Below are positions 10,478 to 20,373 of a stretch of DNA of 64,000 bases, in pieces. The translations under genes and the position numbers were made by a program. Every line of letters begins with the position of its first letter. Position 1 is the first letter of the stretch. Source of the DNA: Bdellovibrionales bacterium (GTDB taxonomy: Bacteria; Bdellovibrionota; Bdellovibrionia; Bdellovibrionales; JAGQZY01); assembly GCA_031426555.1 (NCBI GenBank), contig JANPLN010000030.1, positions 87,792-151,791 on the forward strand, written 5' to 3'. The notes under the pieces are model-generated. The model was not told the origin of the DNA. It was given only the letters and a program-made list of their open reading frames with translations, and made no database searches.

Positions 10478-11500
10478 ATGTTAAAACAAAAGCTCCAAGA
10501 TCTTAATAAAAGTGCAGAAATCGAGCTCGCCAAGGCTCAAACTTCCGAAGAACTCTATCAACTGAAGGTGAAGTATTTTGGTAAACAAGGTGAGCTCACG
10601 CTGATCATGAAAGATATGGGCGATATGCCCAAGGAAGAGCGTCCTGTTTTTGGCAAAGAGGTCAATCTGGTTCGCGATGCTTTGACCAAACTCCACGATG
10701 CACGGCTTGCCGAGCTTTCGCAAAAAGAAATGTTAGCAAAACTTGCTAAGGATTCTTTGGATCTTACGCTTCCCGGGCCGCAACTCTCCCCTGGAGCTCG
10801 GCATCTGATTCCTGTGGTGATCGACGAGATCGTGGATATCTTAGCGCGCATCGGTTTTTCGGTGCGCACCGGGCCTTTTATCGAAGACGACTTTCATAAT
10901 TTTTCGGCGCTGAACATTCCTGCCGATCATCCCTCGCGCGACATGCAAGATACGTTTTACATCGACGAGACCCATGTACTTCGCACGCACACCAGTCCCA
11001 TTCAAATTCGCACCATGGAAACCGAAAAACCACCCATCCGCATTTTGGCTCCCGGCGGAGTGTTTCGTCACGATTACGATGCCTCGCACTCTCCGCACTT
11101 TCATCAGATTGAAGCGCTCCTGGTGGATAAAAATGTTTCTATGGCGGATCTCAAAGGAACCATTTCGTATTTCATCAAAGAATTTTTTGGGCAGAATATT
11201 AAAACGCGATTCCGTCCCAGCTTTTTTCCCTTCACCGAGCCATCGGCGGAGGTGGATTGCTCGTGCCCGTTGTGTGAAGGCAAAGGTTGCAAAATGTGCA
11301 AACACACAGGCTGGATTGAAATCGGTGGAAGTGGTCTTGTGCACCCGAATGTGTTCAAAGCAGTGGGGATCAATCCCGAAGAGTGGCAGGGTTTTGCTTT
11401 TGGTTTTGGAATTGAACGCATGGCCATCATAAAGTACGGCGTGAGTGATATTCGTTTGTTTATGGAAAATGATGTGCGTTTCCTGGAGCAGTTTCGATGA
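10478..11500 (+). CDS. pheS: Phenylalanyl-tRNA synthetase alpha subunit
   Basis: [48 protein letters not shown]. Confidence 0.98.
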   Translation: MLKQKLQDLNKSAEIELAKAQTSEELYQLKVKYFGKQGELTLIMKDMGDMPKEERPVFGKEVNLVRDALTKLHDARLAELSQKEMLAKLAKDSLDLTLPGPQLSPGARHLIPVVIDEIVDILARIGFSVRTGPFIEDDFHNFSALNIPADHPSRDMQDTFYIDETHVLRTHTSPIQIRTMETEKPPIRILAPGGVFRHDYDASHSPHFHQIEALLVDKNVSMADLKGTISYFIKEFFGQNIKTRFRPSFFPFTEPSAEVDCSCPLCEGKGCKMCKHTGWIEIGGSGLVHPNVFKAVGINPEEWQGFAFGFGIERMAIIKYGVSDIRLFMENDVRFLEQFR

Positions 11501-13914
11501 AGATTTCTTTTAAATGGCTCAATGATTATATCGACCTTTCAGACTATCAAAATAAAATTGACGATCTTAGCAAGCTGCTTACACAAGCGGGTCTTGAAGT
11601 TGAAGGCGTTACGGATCAGAAGGCGCAGTTTAACCACGTTGTTGTGGGAAAACTTTTATCCGTTGAAAAACATCCCGACGCCGACAAACTAACTCTTTGT
11701 CAGCTTGATATGGGCGAGGGCGCGCCAAGACAGATCGTTTGCGGAGCTAAAAACCACAAGGCCGGTGATTATGTGATTGCCGCTTTGCCCGGCGCCGTCT
11801 TGCCAGGGGATTTTGCCATTAAAAAATCCAAGATCAGAGGCGTGGAATCTTTAGGTATGCTTTGCTCGCCCAAAGAATTGGGATTGAGCTCGGACGGCGA
11901 AGGAATTATCACCATGCCTTCCGGAAAACCCGGTCAGCCGATGAGTGAGTTGTACGGCATGGATGATGTGATCATCGAGATCAACGTGACCCCAAACAGG
12001 GCTGACTGTTTGAGCCATTTGGGTTTGGCTTTTGAGATCTCTGCACTTCTTGATCGACCGTTGATACAAAAGAAAGCCGAATTTAAGACGGGCAGCTTTA
12101 AAACCACCGAGTTATCCAAAGTGACAGTGCGCGATCCCCAGCGCTGTCCGCGCTATGCAGGACGCATGATTCGCGGGGTGAAGATTGCACCTTCTCCATC
12201 CTGGTTGCAAAAACGTTTAGAGAGCGTTGGTCTGCGTTCGGTGAACAACGTTGTCGATGTGACAAACTACGTGATGTTTGATTACGGTCAACCGTTGCAC
12301 GCATTTGACTGGACACAAATCAACGGCGGCGAAATTATTATTCGCGGTTCAGAAAAAGGCGAAAAATTTCAAACCCTGGACGGAACCGAATTAACTCTCA
12401 CGGGTGATGAGCTGGTGATTGCCGATCAAAAGCGCGCGGTGGCTTTGGCCGGCGTTGTTGGCGGTTTGAATTCGGGTGTGACTGACATTACAAAAGATCT
12501 TTTTGTGGAAGCGGCGTTTTTTAATTCGCAAACAGTTCGCCGAACCTCTCGACGTTTAGGAATTGATACAGATTCATGTTATCGTTTTTCGCGCGGAGTG
12601 AATCCCGAGCAAACGATTCTCGCTTTGGAGCGCGCCTGTGAATTGATTCAACAGGTGGCGGGTGGAGAAGTGGCCAGTGACGCTTACGATATTTATCCTC
12701 AACCGCTGACAAAAGCCGCCATTACTGTGGATGTCCGCAAAGTAGAAAATCGTTTAGGGTATACCGTGAAGGATGCCGACTTTTTTGCGGTGATGAAGCG
12801 TTTAGGCTGCAAGATGAATGGAGCGCAAGTTATTCCTCCCATGCACCGCTGGGATTTATCCATCCCCGAAGATCTCATTGAAGAGTACGCTAGAGTTTAT
12901 GGCTACGAGCATTTACTCGAGCGTTTGCCAAAACTGGTCGAAGAGCCCACCAAGCACAATGCAGATTATCTCAACACCCGAAAGCTTTCGTCCTATTTAT
13001 CGTCGCAGGGTTTTGACCAAGCTGTAAACTACGCCTTTGTGAATAAGGCGTTGCAGGATTCGGTGTTGGGGTCTGCCGCGGAACGAACGGCCTTGGGGCT
13101 GTCGGACCTCGAGGAGATTTCGGTGCGCAATCCAATCAGTGAGGATTTTGCAGTCATGCGAATGTCCACTCTGCCAAGCCTCGTGCAAAACGTTTCGCAC
13201 AACCTTCGCCATGGCAATTTGCATGGCCAACTTTTTGAAGTGGGCAAAGGACATTTTCGGGTTGGTCATGGGGGGGCCGGGCAGTATGCGGAAGATCAGC
13301 GTTTGGGCTTTGCCATGTGGGGAACACCGCAAACTCTGTGGGCGCAAAAAGTTCCTGCCGTCTATCGCTTGAAGTCGCTTATAGAGAACTTACTTGAGGT
13401 TTTTGTGCCCGGCGGAAAATGGCAGTGGAAGAGCTTAGAATCGTCGTTGGCATTGATTCACCCAGGACAAATGGTTCAGTTGGTTGTGCAAGGTCAACCA
13501 GTTGGATTTATCGGAACAGTTCATCCGCAAAAAGCCAAGGAGTGGAAGTGGCGCGAGGACGTGGCGTTTGCTGAACTCAATCTGGCGGCCTTGTTTAATA
13601 CGGGGAAAGTTCCTCGCTATCGAGGGATCTCCGCTTTCCCAGCGGTGGAAAAGGATTTAGCGTTTGTGGTTCCTAAAACATTGCGAGCTCTGGATATTCA
13701 AAAAGAAATCACCAAAACCGGCGGCGCTCTGTTAACGGACGTGAAAGTTGTGGATATGTACGAAGGAGAGGCCTTAGGCACAGATCAACGCTCACTGGCC
13801 TTCCGTATGAAGTTTCAAAGCCCTGAGCGCACGCTGGCCGACGACGAAGTATTAAAACTGGTGCAGCAGATTATCGAAGCCGTTTCCTCGCGGTTGGGGA
13901 TTCAATTGCGGTAG
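11497..13914 (+). CDS. pheT: Phenylalanyl-tRNA synthetase beta subunit
   Basis: [37 protein letters not shown]-terminal FDX-ACB; ATGA overlap with pheS. Confidence 0.98.
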   Translation: MKISFKWLNDYIDLSDYQNKIDDLSKLLTQAGLEVEGVTDQKAQFNHVVVGKLLSVEKHPDADKLTLCQLDMGEGAPRQIVCGAKNHKAGDYVIAALPGAVLPGDFAIKKSKIRGVESLGMLCSPKELGLSSDGEGIITMPSGKPGQPMSELYGMDDVIIEINVTPNRADCLSHLGLAFEISALLDRPLIQKKAEFKTGSFKTTELSKVTVRDPQRCPRYAGRMIRGVKIAPSPSWLQKRLESVGLRSVNNVVDVTNYVMFDYGQPLHAFDWTQINGGEIIIRGSEKGEKFQTLDGTELTLTGDELVIADQKRAVALAGVVGGLNSGVTDITKDLFVEAAFFNSQTVRRTSRRLGIDTDSCYRFSRGVNPEQTILALERACELIQQVAGGEVASDAYDIYPQPLTKAAITVDVRKVENRLGYTVKDADFFAVMKRLGCKMNGAQVIPPMHRWDLSIPEDLIEEYARVYGYEHLLERLPKLVEEPTKHNADYLNTRKLSSYLSSQGFDQAVNYAFVNKALQDSVLGSAAERTALGLSDLEEISVRNPISEDFAVMRMSTLPSLVQNVSHNLRHGNLHGQLFEVGKGHFRVGHGGAGQYAEDQRLGFAMWGTPQTLWAQKVPAVYRLKSLIENLLEVFVPGGKWQWKSLESSLALIHPGQMVQLVVQGQPVGFIGTVHPQKAKEWKWREDVAFAELNLAALFNTGKVPRYRGISAFPAVEKDLAFVVPKTLRALDIQKEITKTGGALLTDVKVVDMYEGEALGTDQRSLAFRMKFQSPERTLADDEVLKLVQQIIEAVSSRLGIQLR

Positions 13915-14025
13915 TCGCTTGTGTTAAAAGAGTGTTCTGAAGCAGGTAAAAATCACTTACCCTTCGGTTATGCCTTGTGACCTTTCTTTTTATTCAATAG
14001 TTTGCAGTCACCTGAGGAGGTTTGT

Positions 14026-14403
14026 ATGACAAAGTTTTTTATGTTTTTTTTCAGTTTACTAGTAGCGGTTTCTGCATCTGCATATCAGTTTTGCGAAAAT
14101 GGAAGCTTTAACCAAATGGGCGATGGATATTTTAGCATGGAAATCCATAGCGATAAGATTGTGGTTTCTCCCTACGAGTCCGGTTTCACAGTCCTAGGCC
14201 AAGACGTCGTACGAAAAGGTTCTACGATTTTGGTTGGCGACACAAAAGTTGAGTATACTTCTGAAGGTGACGTTTATAGCAAAACTGTTGATATGATTAT
14301 CAACGGACAACCTTCTATGGTTTCAATTAGCAAAATCAACGTCGCGATAAGTACCGATAAAAGTGCGTTCAACAATTACGAAATGACGTGCTATTTACGC
14401 TAA
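14026..14403 (+). CDS. Small hypothetical secreted protein
   Basis: GAGGAGG RBS, signal peptide ending ASA, one N-terminal and one C-terminal Cys. Confidence 0.7.
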   Translation: MTKFFMFFFSLLVAVSASAYQFCENGSFNQMGDGYFSMEIHSDKIVVSPYESGFTVLGQDVVRKGSTILVGDTKVEYTSEGDVYSKTVDMIINGQPSMVSISKINVAISTDKSAFNNYEMTCYLR

Positions 14404-14622
14404 AGTTCTTTGGTCAAAAGGCGCCTCACCTTTGAGGCGCACTCGTCGTTCACAACGCAACCTCGTTAAAATCATTTTTCTGCCTCGACTTTCATCATAA
14501 TTATATCTAAGTAATGACCATGTGGGTCATAAACTCGGCCTTCCACTCAGATAAAAGTTGAAAGTTTTCAAGTACTTGCTAGCCTTTAGGAGAAGGGTCA
14601 ATCATGCCCTTGGGAGGACGCC

Positions 14623-14967
14623 ATGGCTGGTAAAAACGTTTCGAACTCGACGGTCACAAAAGCAGATATCGTGGACCGAGTTTATGAAAAAATTGGCTTC
14701 TCCAAAAAAGAAGCGTCCGACCTTGTTGAAATCGTCTTTGATGCCCTCCGCGGCACTCTGGTGAATGGCGAAAAAGTGAAAATCTCAGGCTTTGGTAAGT
14801 TCGAAGTAAAGCAAAAAAAAGAACGTGTTGGGCGCAATCCGCAAACCGGGGATCGCATCACCATTTCTGCTCGCCGCGTACTTAACTTTAGCCCCAGCCA
14901 AGTTTTAAAGGCCATGCTCAATGGCAAAGATGCTGAGTTTGGTGGAGATGAGTTCGACGATGAATAG
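14623..14967 (+). CDS. ihfA: Integration host factor alpha subunit
   Basis: [41 protein letters not shown]; canonical position after pheT. Confidence 0.95.
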   Translation: MAGKNVSNSTVTKADIVDRVYEKIGFSKKEASDLVEIVFDALRGTLVNGEKVKISGFGKFEVKQKKERVGRNPQTGDRITISARRVLNFSPSQVLKAMLNGKDAEFGGDEFDDE

Positions 14968-14992
14968 TACGATGAATAGTACGATGAACAGC
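14957..14992 (+). repeat. 12-bp tandem repeat x3 (ACGATGAATAGT) spanning the ihfA stop and merR start
   Basis: ACGATGAATAGT ACGATGAATAGT ACGATGAACAGC read directly. Confidence 0.9.
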
Positions 14993-15508
14993 CCGCAAAC
15001 AGCCCAAACTGAACTCAAAGAGCGTATTCAATCCATTCCCAATAAAATGGGCTTTAAGATCGGCGAAGTGGCAAAGTACGTGGGCGTAAAGCAGTACGTT
15101 CTGCGCTATTGGGAGACGGAGTTTGAAGCTCTTCACCCAAAAAAATCCAACAACGGGCAGCGTTTTTATACTCGCAAAGACATCGAAATGGCGCTGACCA
15201 TCCGTAAACTTCTCCATGAAGATCGTTTTTCCATCGAGGGCGCTCGTGCGGTTTTAAAGAAAATGAAATCGCAAAAATCGCAAATCCAACCGATTCTTGA
15301 GGGGACCACCCAGGAGCAAGTCGTTGAGGCGCATCAGCCCGCGGCCGAAGTGGTATTTAGTAAGTCCTCTCCAATGCCCACGGCGGATCAGGTACAAAAA
15401 GCTGTTGTGCAACGTGAGCGGGAAATGCACCAGTACTGGGCGTCATCTGTGGATTATCTGGTTGAAGAAATTCGCCAAGCCAAAAAACGTCTTGCCGACG
15501 CCATCTAG
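14960..15508 (+). CDS. MerR family transcriptional regulator (ihfA-associated)
   Basis: [40 protein letters not shown]; start could be 14960, 14972 or 14984. Confidence 0.92.
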   Translation: MNSTMNSTMNSPQTAQTELKERIQSIPNKMGFKIGEVAKYVGVKQYVLRYWETEFEALHPKKSNNGQRFYTRKDIEMALTIRKLLHEDRFSIEGARAVLKKMKSQKSQIQPILEGTTQEQVVEAHQPAAEVVFSKSSPMPTADQVQKAVVQREREMHQYWASSVDYLVEEIRQAKKRLADAI

Positions 15509-15554
15509 AATAAGTTACTGACTTCCTTGTTTAAGAAACAAAGGAAGTCTAAAA

Positions 15555-15944
15555 ATGAAACTCCTCCTCCTAGCTTTTTCGATCACTTTTTCATGTGCCG
15601 TAGTACAAGCGCAGGATAAGATCATCTGTACATTGAGTGAAAGTGCCAATCCATTAAACGTCGCCATTGGTGAAGCCGACTTAAATAACTTGAGTGAAGA
15701 GGGGCTCTACTCCATAGATGGGATCGACGTGGGAGACGACAATTACTCGTTTGATATGTCGATCACGAAAGAAGCGAACGGAGCCATTTTAGTGGACGTA
15801 ATTTTTTACGAAAACATCCACGTTCAAGACGAGGTGGCCAGCTACAGTTGGAAACTTCAACAAAAAGGCCTATCGGTCATCCAAGAGCCGTTGCAGGATA
15901 ATTCTAACGCAACGATCATGAACTTTGTTTGCGATTATAAATAA
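15555..15944 (+). CDS. Small acidic hypothetical secreted protein
   Basis: Signal peptide ending VQA; N- and C-terminal Cys. Confidence 0.7.
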   Translation: MKLLLLAFSITFSCAVVQAQDKIICTLSESANPLNVAIGEADLNNLSEEGLYSIDGIDVGDDNYSFDMSITKEANGAILVDVIFYENIHVQDEVASYSWKLQQKGLSVIQEPLQDNSNATIMNFVCDYK

Positions 15945-16020
15945 GAAAACGTCTCGGTTCTCGGAAGCGGAATCAATTTGACATTTTAGCAGGCTGGGGC
16001 GAAAGATAATCTTTCTAAAT

Positions 16021-16097
16021 CTGCCTGTGGCGCAGCTTGGTAGCGCGCAACCTTGGGGTGGTTGAGGTCGCAGGTTCAAATCCTGTCAGGCAGACCA
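16021..16097 (+). tRNA. tRNA-Pro(GGG)
   Basis: Acceptor CTGCCTG/CAGGCAG, A73, CCA; anticodon arm CAACC-TTGGGGT-GGTTG; T loop TTCAAAT; canonical position after ihfA-merR. Confidence 0.95.
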
Positions 16098-16121
16098 AAT
16101 AACCCAGCTGCAGAAAAAAAC

Positions 16122-16787
16122 TCACTGCCGCCGCAAAACCAAAACAAACTGCCGCGGAAGTTCAAAAAGCTGTTCGCGCTTGAGATTAAGCGATTTCAAT
16201 TCCTCCTCAATCTGTGGTGGTTGAAAGCGAAACTTCTTTGGTGGACCCACTGGCGACGAGGGTAAAAAATCAACAATCACAATTCGCGCACCGGGTTTAA
16301 GCTGCGAAAGAATTTTTTGAAAGTACTTTTCCCGGTCCGGCAGATGATGATAGGTGTCCACGATTAAAAGAACATCCAAAGGTTGATCAACAGTAAAGCC
16401 GTCGGTTTGCGAAAGCACAGGCTTGAGATTTAAAAGTTTTTCTTTATCAGCGCGCTTTTGCAAAAACACCGTCATGTCTTTTTCGTTGTCGATGGCATAG
16501 ACGGTGGCCTTTGGAAATTGTTTAGCAATTCGCGAGCTAAAATAACCAGTACCGGCGCCGAGGTCCCCAATCACAGCATTTTCGGAAATTTTTAGCGCGT
16601 TAATCAGATCCTGAGGTTTTTGCCACTCATCGCGCGAAGGATCGTCAAAATTTTTGGTCCACTTCTCGGCATTTTTAAATGCCATGTTGTGATGGTGGTG
16701 AGAGCCACCGTTGTGAGGTTGGTGGGATTGATGCTGTTGGGCCTGTGTAGCGAGACTAACCAAGAGAAGGGAGAAGAAACTTTGCAT
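16122..16787 (-). CDS. Class I SAM-dependent methyltransferase with signal peptide and His-rich N-terminus
   Basis: RDEWQKP, IGDLGAGTGYFS, VYAID, DTYHH, LKPGARIVIVDF; HQSHQPHNGGSHHHH after a hydrophobic leader. Confidence 0.88.
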   Translation of the reverse strand: MQSFFSLLLVSLATQAQQHQSHQPHNGGSHHHHNMAFKNAEKWTKNFDDPSRDEWQKPQDLINALKISENAVIGDLGAGTGYFSSRIAKQFPKATVYAIDNEKDMTVFLQKRADKEKLLNLKPVLSQTDGFTVDQPLDVLLIVDTYHHLPDREKYFQKILSQLKPGARIVIVDFLPSSPVGPPKKFRFQPPQIEEELKSLNLKREQLFELPRQFVLVLRRQ

Positions 16788-16905
16788 GCGTGGAATCCTT
16801 GTAAAACATTCATTTAAAAACACTATAAGTTATCATCAAACAGATGAGTCGTCATAGATATTTACAAAAAAGAGACTACAGATACAGGGAGAGAAGTGAG
16901 GTTCT

Positions 16906-18123
16906 ATGAAAAGTTATTTTTTTGCTATCAATCTATCTGTGATTGTCGTGTTTTTAACGGGATGTTCAACAACCGATTCAAAATTGAATGCCACAGGCGG
17001 TACGAGCTGGTACAACACCATGCATCGATTGTCCGTTAACCATTCGGCCGTGGCTCCGATGTTGGCTGACCCTAAAGAGTTCTACGATCCAAAGAATATT
17101 TCTTTTTTGCGCGAAAAAGCCAACGAAATGATGCAAGCCTCGGTAGAGATGACAAAGGACACGTCAGCTCCCAACGCCGATCCGATCATTGCATTTACTG
17201 CTAACGAATTTTCGCAGGAGCTTCAAGGTGTCAGCGAAATGCTCGATACTGGTAAGTTACAAGCGGCCCACTATTCGTTATCGCAAGTTGGTAACTACTG
17301 CATCAGTTGTCACAGTCGTGCTGATCGAGGAAGTAAAAACTTTCCGCTAGCGTGGGCAACAAGTCTTTCTGATTTGTCTTCCTCGCAAAAAGTCGCCTAT
17401 TATCTTGCAAACCGACAGTACGAAGCTGCTCATCAAGAAACCGAAAAATTAGCACAAGACAGTCTTGTGATGATGAAGGATCCCAATGCCTGGTTGTTGA
17501 TCTTACAAAAAGATCTATCAGTGATTGTGCGTGTACAAAAAGACCTGCCTCGAGCGCAAAAATTAACGGCTCTCGCTTTAAAAAATAAGAATTTACAAGA
17601 GTATATTAAAAACGATATCCAAGCGTGGTCTGAAAGTCTGAAGTCATGGAAAGCAGAGGACAAACGCTCCATCGAGGGAACGAAAAGCCTGGCGAGCGCA
17701 AAAAAACTATTAGACCAGGCGAGAACCCCAAAATACTCCCGCGGGCAATCGGGCTTTGTGCTTTATTTGCGAGCCTCGGGAATTTTACATGAGCTTTTAG
17801 AAGGGCCGCGTAGCGACTCTGGGTATGCATCGGCTCTCTACTTTGCAGGCGTTGCCGCGGGGGGCCTCAAGAACGTGGATGTTTGGAAGCTCGGCGAGCA
17901 CTATTTTGAAGTTTGCATCGAGAATTCTCCTAACTCGGCGGTGGCGATAAAGTGCTATCAGCAACTGGAAAACTTGCTGTTGTCTTCGCACCCAAATATG
18001 AAATTGCTCCCGGATCTCGAAAAGCGCATTAACGACCGACTGGCTAAATACAAAGACCTTGCGCGAGTGCAGAAGATTCAGGATGGGGTGAAACCCATGA
18101 GCGGTCATGAGGGAGCGCAGTAG
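16906..18123 (+). CDS. Lipoprotein with a single CxxCH (putative c-type cytochrome) and TPR-like helical C-terminus
   Basis: Lipobox FLTGC; YCISCHSR ending a helical segment; ALYFAG...YFEVCIENSPNSAVAIKCY. Confidence 0.7.
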   Translation: MKSYFFAINLSVIVVFLTGCSTTDSKLNATGGTSWYNTMHRLSVNHSAVAPMLADPKEFYDPKNISFLREKANEMMQASVEMTKDTSAPNADPIIAFTANEFSQELQGVSEMLDTGKLQAAHYSLSQVGNYCISCHSRADRGSKNFPLAWATSLSDLSSSQKVAYYLANRQYEAAHQETEKLAQDSLVMMKDPNAWLLILQKDLSVIVRVQKDLPRAQKLTALALKNKNLQEYIKNDIQAWSESLKSWKAEDKRSIEGTKSLASAKKLLDQARTPKYSRGQSGFVLYLRASGILHELLEGPRSDSGYASALYFAGVAAGGLKNVDVWKLGEHYFEVCIENSPNSAVAIKCYQQLENLLLSSHPNMKLLPDLEKRINDRLAKYKDLARVQKIQDGVKPMSGHEGAQ

Positions 18124-18245
18124 TCCTTTGAATCCACAGACGCGCCGAATAATCGGTGAGTTTATGTCTAATGCCAAAAAATGCATTCAACCTTGGTTCT
18201 TTTTTAAAAAATTGCGTAGACTTGTTTTCAACAGGAATGTGGAAA

Positions 18246-18977
18246 ATGAATCTCGCGCAGTACAAACTGAACCAGGCAGCACGTCTGCTGAAACAACCAA
18301 GATATCGCGTGATCTGTGAGGCGTGCGATCAGCCGGATTTTTGCTGCTATTGTGCACAGCTTGCGGCCTTCGATCCGCAAATCAGTTTTGTCATTCTTAT
18401 TCATCCCATCGAAGTGAAGCGGCGGATTGCTACGGGAAGGATGTCCCATCTTTCGCTGAAAAATTCGCATTTGATCGAAGGCCAGGATTACTCTCAAAAT
18501 TTGCAGGTGAACGAGTTGCTCGAGGATAAAAACTATCATTCGGTGGTGTTGTACCCGGGAGTCCATTCGCAAAATTTATCCACTCTGAGTAATGTAGAAA
18601 AAACGAAGCTATTTCCAAAAGAAAAAAAACTGCGCATCTTCGTGGTGGATGGAACTTGGGCCACAGCTCGCAAAATGATGCGCTTAAGTGAAAACCTCAA
18701 AAATCTTCGACGGGTGTGCTTTTCGCCGGATAAGCCTTCAAACTTTCGCGTGCGCAAGCAGCCCCATCCCCAATGCTACTCCACGATTGAGGCCGTTCAT
18801 CACACCATCGAACTCCTGGGAGATTCTCGGGGGTTTCCGGTGAAAACTCGTCTTCATGATCGACTTTTGCGGGTGTTTGAGTATATGGTCGAGCGGCAAT
18901 TGCAGTTTATTAAGGTTTCGAAAGAGACGTCTAAAATGGGCAATTACCGCAAAATAAATTTAGATCGAGAACTCTGA
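18246..18977 (+). CDS. DTW-domain tRNA-uridine aminocarboxypropyltransferase (TapT-like)
   Basis: CxxC...CxC, HPIE, TGR, LYPG, VDGTW, STIEA. Confidence 0.9.
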   Translation: MNLAQYKLNQAARLLKQPRYRVICEACDQPDFCCYCAQLAAFDPQISFVILIHPIEVKRRIATGRMSHLSLKNSHLIEGQDYSQNLQVNELLEDKNYHSVVLYPGVHSQNLSTLSNVEKTKLFPKEKKLRIFVVDGTWATARKMMRLSENLKNLRRVCFSPDKPSNFRVRKQPHPQCYSTIEAVHHTIELLGDSRGFPVKTRLHDRLLRVFEYMVERQLQFIKVSKETSKMGNYRKINLDREL

Positions 18978-18987
18978 GGACTCCATT

Positions 18988-20373
18988 TTGAAAGCAAAAG
19001 ACTTTAGCTCCCTTCCCTTGTCGCAGTCCCTGTTAAAACTGATCGCTGAAATGGGTTTTTTGGAAATGACACCCATCCAAGCGGCAAGTATTCCTTTGCT
19101 GCTGTCGGGAAAAGATCTTGTGGGTCAATCGCAAACGGGCAGCGGAAAAACTGCCGCGTTTATCATACCAATTCTGGAAAAAATTAAAGTCAGCGATCTC
19201 TTCGCCCAGGCATTGATTTTGTGTCCAACGCGGGAACTGTGTGATCAGGTCTTGCGCGAATGCCGCAAATTTTCCAAGGCGTTCCCCGGTGTACAGACGG
19301 TGGCGCTTGTGGGTGGGCAGCCGTACCCGCAGCAGCTTCAGGCCCTCGAGCGCGGCGCCCAACTGATCGTTGGAACTCCGGGGCGAACCTTAGAGCATCT
19401 CAACGAACGAAATGCACAGTTGGATCGCCTTAAAATATTTGTGCTCGACGAAGCCGATCGCATGTTGGAAGAGGGCTTTACCGACGAGCTCACAGCCATT
19501 ATCGACCAGTTGCCCAAAGACCGACAAACCGTGTTTTTTTCGGCAACGTTTCCCGAAGGCGTGGAAGTACTTTCGGATCGCTATCAAAAAAACGCCGAGC
19601 GAGTTACCATTGAACAAAGTTTGTTAAACACACCGCAAATCGAACAGTATGTTTACGCCAGCGAAAACCCCGAAAAAGGAGAAACTCTTTTCAAAATTCT
19701 AAAAAGTCATCCGTCTCAGTGCACGTTAATCTTTTGTCGGATGAAAACCGCGGTGGCGCAAATAGGCCAGCAGCTGGCAAAACACAAAGTGAGCTGTGGG
19801 GTTTTGCACGGAGATCTCGAACAGGTGGAGCGCGATCGAGTGACAACTTTGTTTCGCAATGGAAGCCTGCGAGTTTTAGTTGCCACCGATGTGGCGGCCC
19901 GGGGCTTGGACATTGATACTTTAGAACTTGTCGTAAACATGGATATGCCTTCGAGCACAGAGATCTACGTGCATCGCATTGGCCGCACTGGCCGAGCCGG
20001 TCGCAAAGGCACAGCGGTGTCTATTGCCACTGAGTATGAAGTTCCGATGGTGGCCGAGATCGAAGAGCTGACGGGTGTAAAGATGCGCCGTCAGGCTTTG
20101 AGCGAAAATAGCGACTTCCCTGAAGAAATGCAGAGATCCCTCACACGCACGCTTTATATTTCGGGCGGCAAGGGCAACAAGCTTCGACCGGGAGATATTT
20201 TAGGAACTTTGACGGCGGAGCCAAATGCCATCGCCGGAAAAGACGTGGGTAAGATCGAGGTGCACGATCGCTTCAGTTATGTAGCCATCAAATCCTCTGA
20301 CGTCGACAGAGCTCTGGCAAAGTTGCAAAGCTCAAAAATCAAAGGATCTAAATTTAAAGTGCACTTACTGTAA
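18988..20373 (+). CDS. dbpA: DEAD-box RNA helicase DbpA
   Basis: QTGSGKT, PTREL, DEADRML, FSAT, HRIGRTGRAG, C-terminal KLRPGDILGTL RNA-binding domain. Confidence 0.92.
   Translation: MKAKDFSSLPLSQSLLKLIAEMGFLEMTPIQAASIPLLLSGKDLVGQSQTGSGKTAAFIIPILEKIKVSDLFAQALILCPTRELCDQVLRECRKFSKAFPGVQTVALVGGQPYPQQLQALERGAQLIVGTPGRTLEHLNERNAQLDRLKIFVLDEADRMLEEGFTDELTAIIDQLPKDRQTVFFSATFPEGVEVLSDRYQKNAERVTIEQSLLNTPQIEQYVYASENPEKGETLFKILKSHPSQCTLIFCRMKTAVAQIGQQLAKHKVSCGVLHGDLEQVERDRVTTLFRNGSLRVLVATDVAARGLDIDTLELVVNMDMPSSTEIYVHRIGRTGRAGRKGTAVSIATEYEVPMVAEIEELTGVKMRRQALSENSDFPEEMQRSLTRTLYISGGKGNKLRPGDILGTLTAEPNAIAGKDVGKIEVHDRFSYVAIKSSDVDRALAKLQSSKIKGSKFKVHLL

Noticed and set aside
15870..16265. Short ORFs overlapping tRNA-Pro
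   Set aside because: Spurious frames across the tRNA and antisense to the methyltransferase
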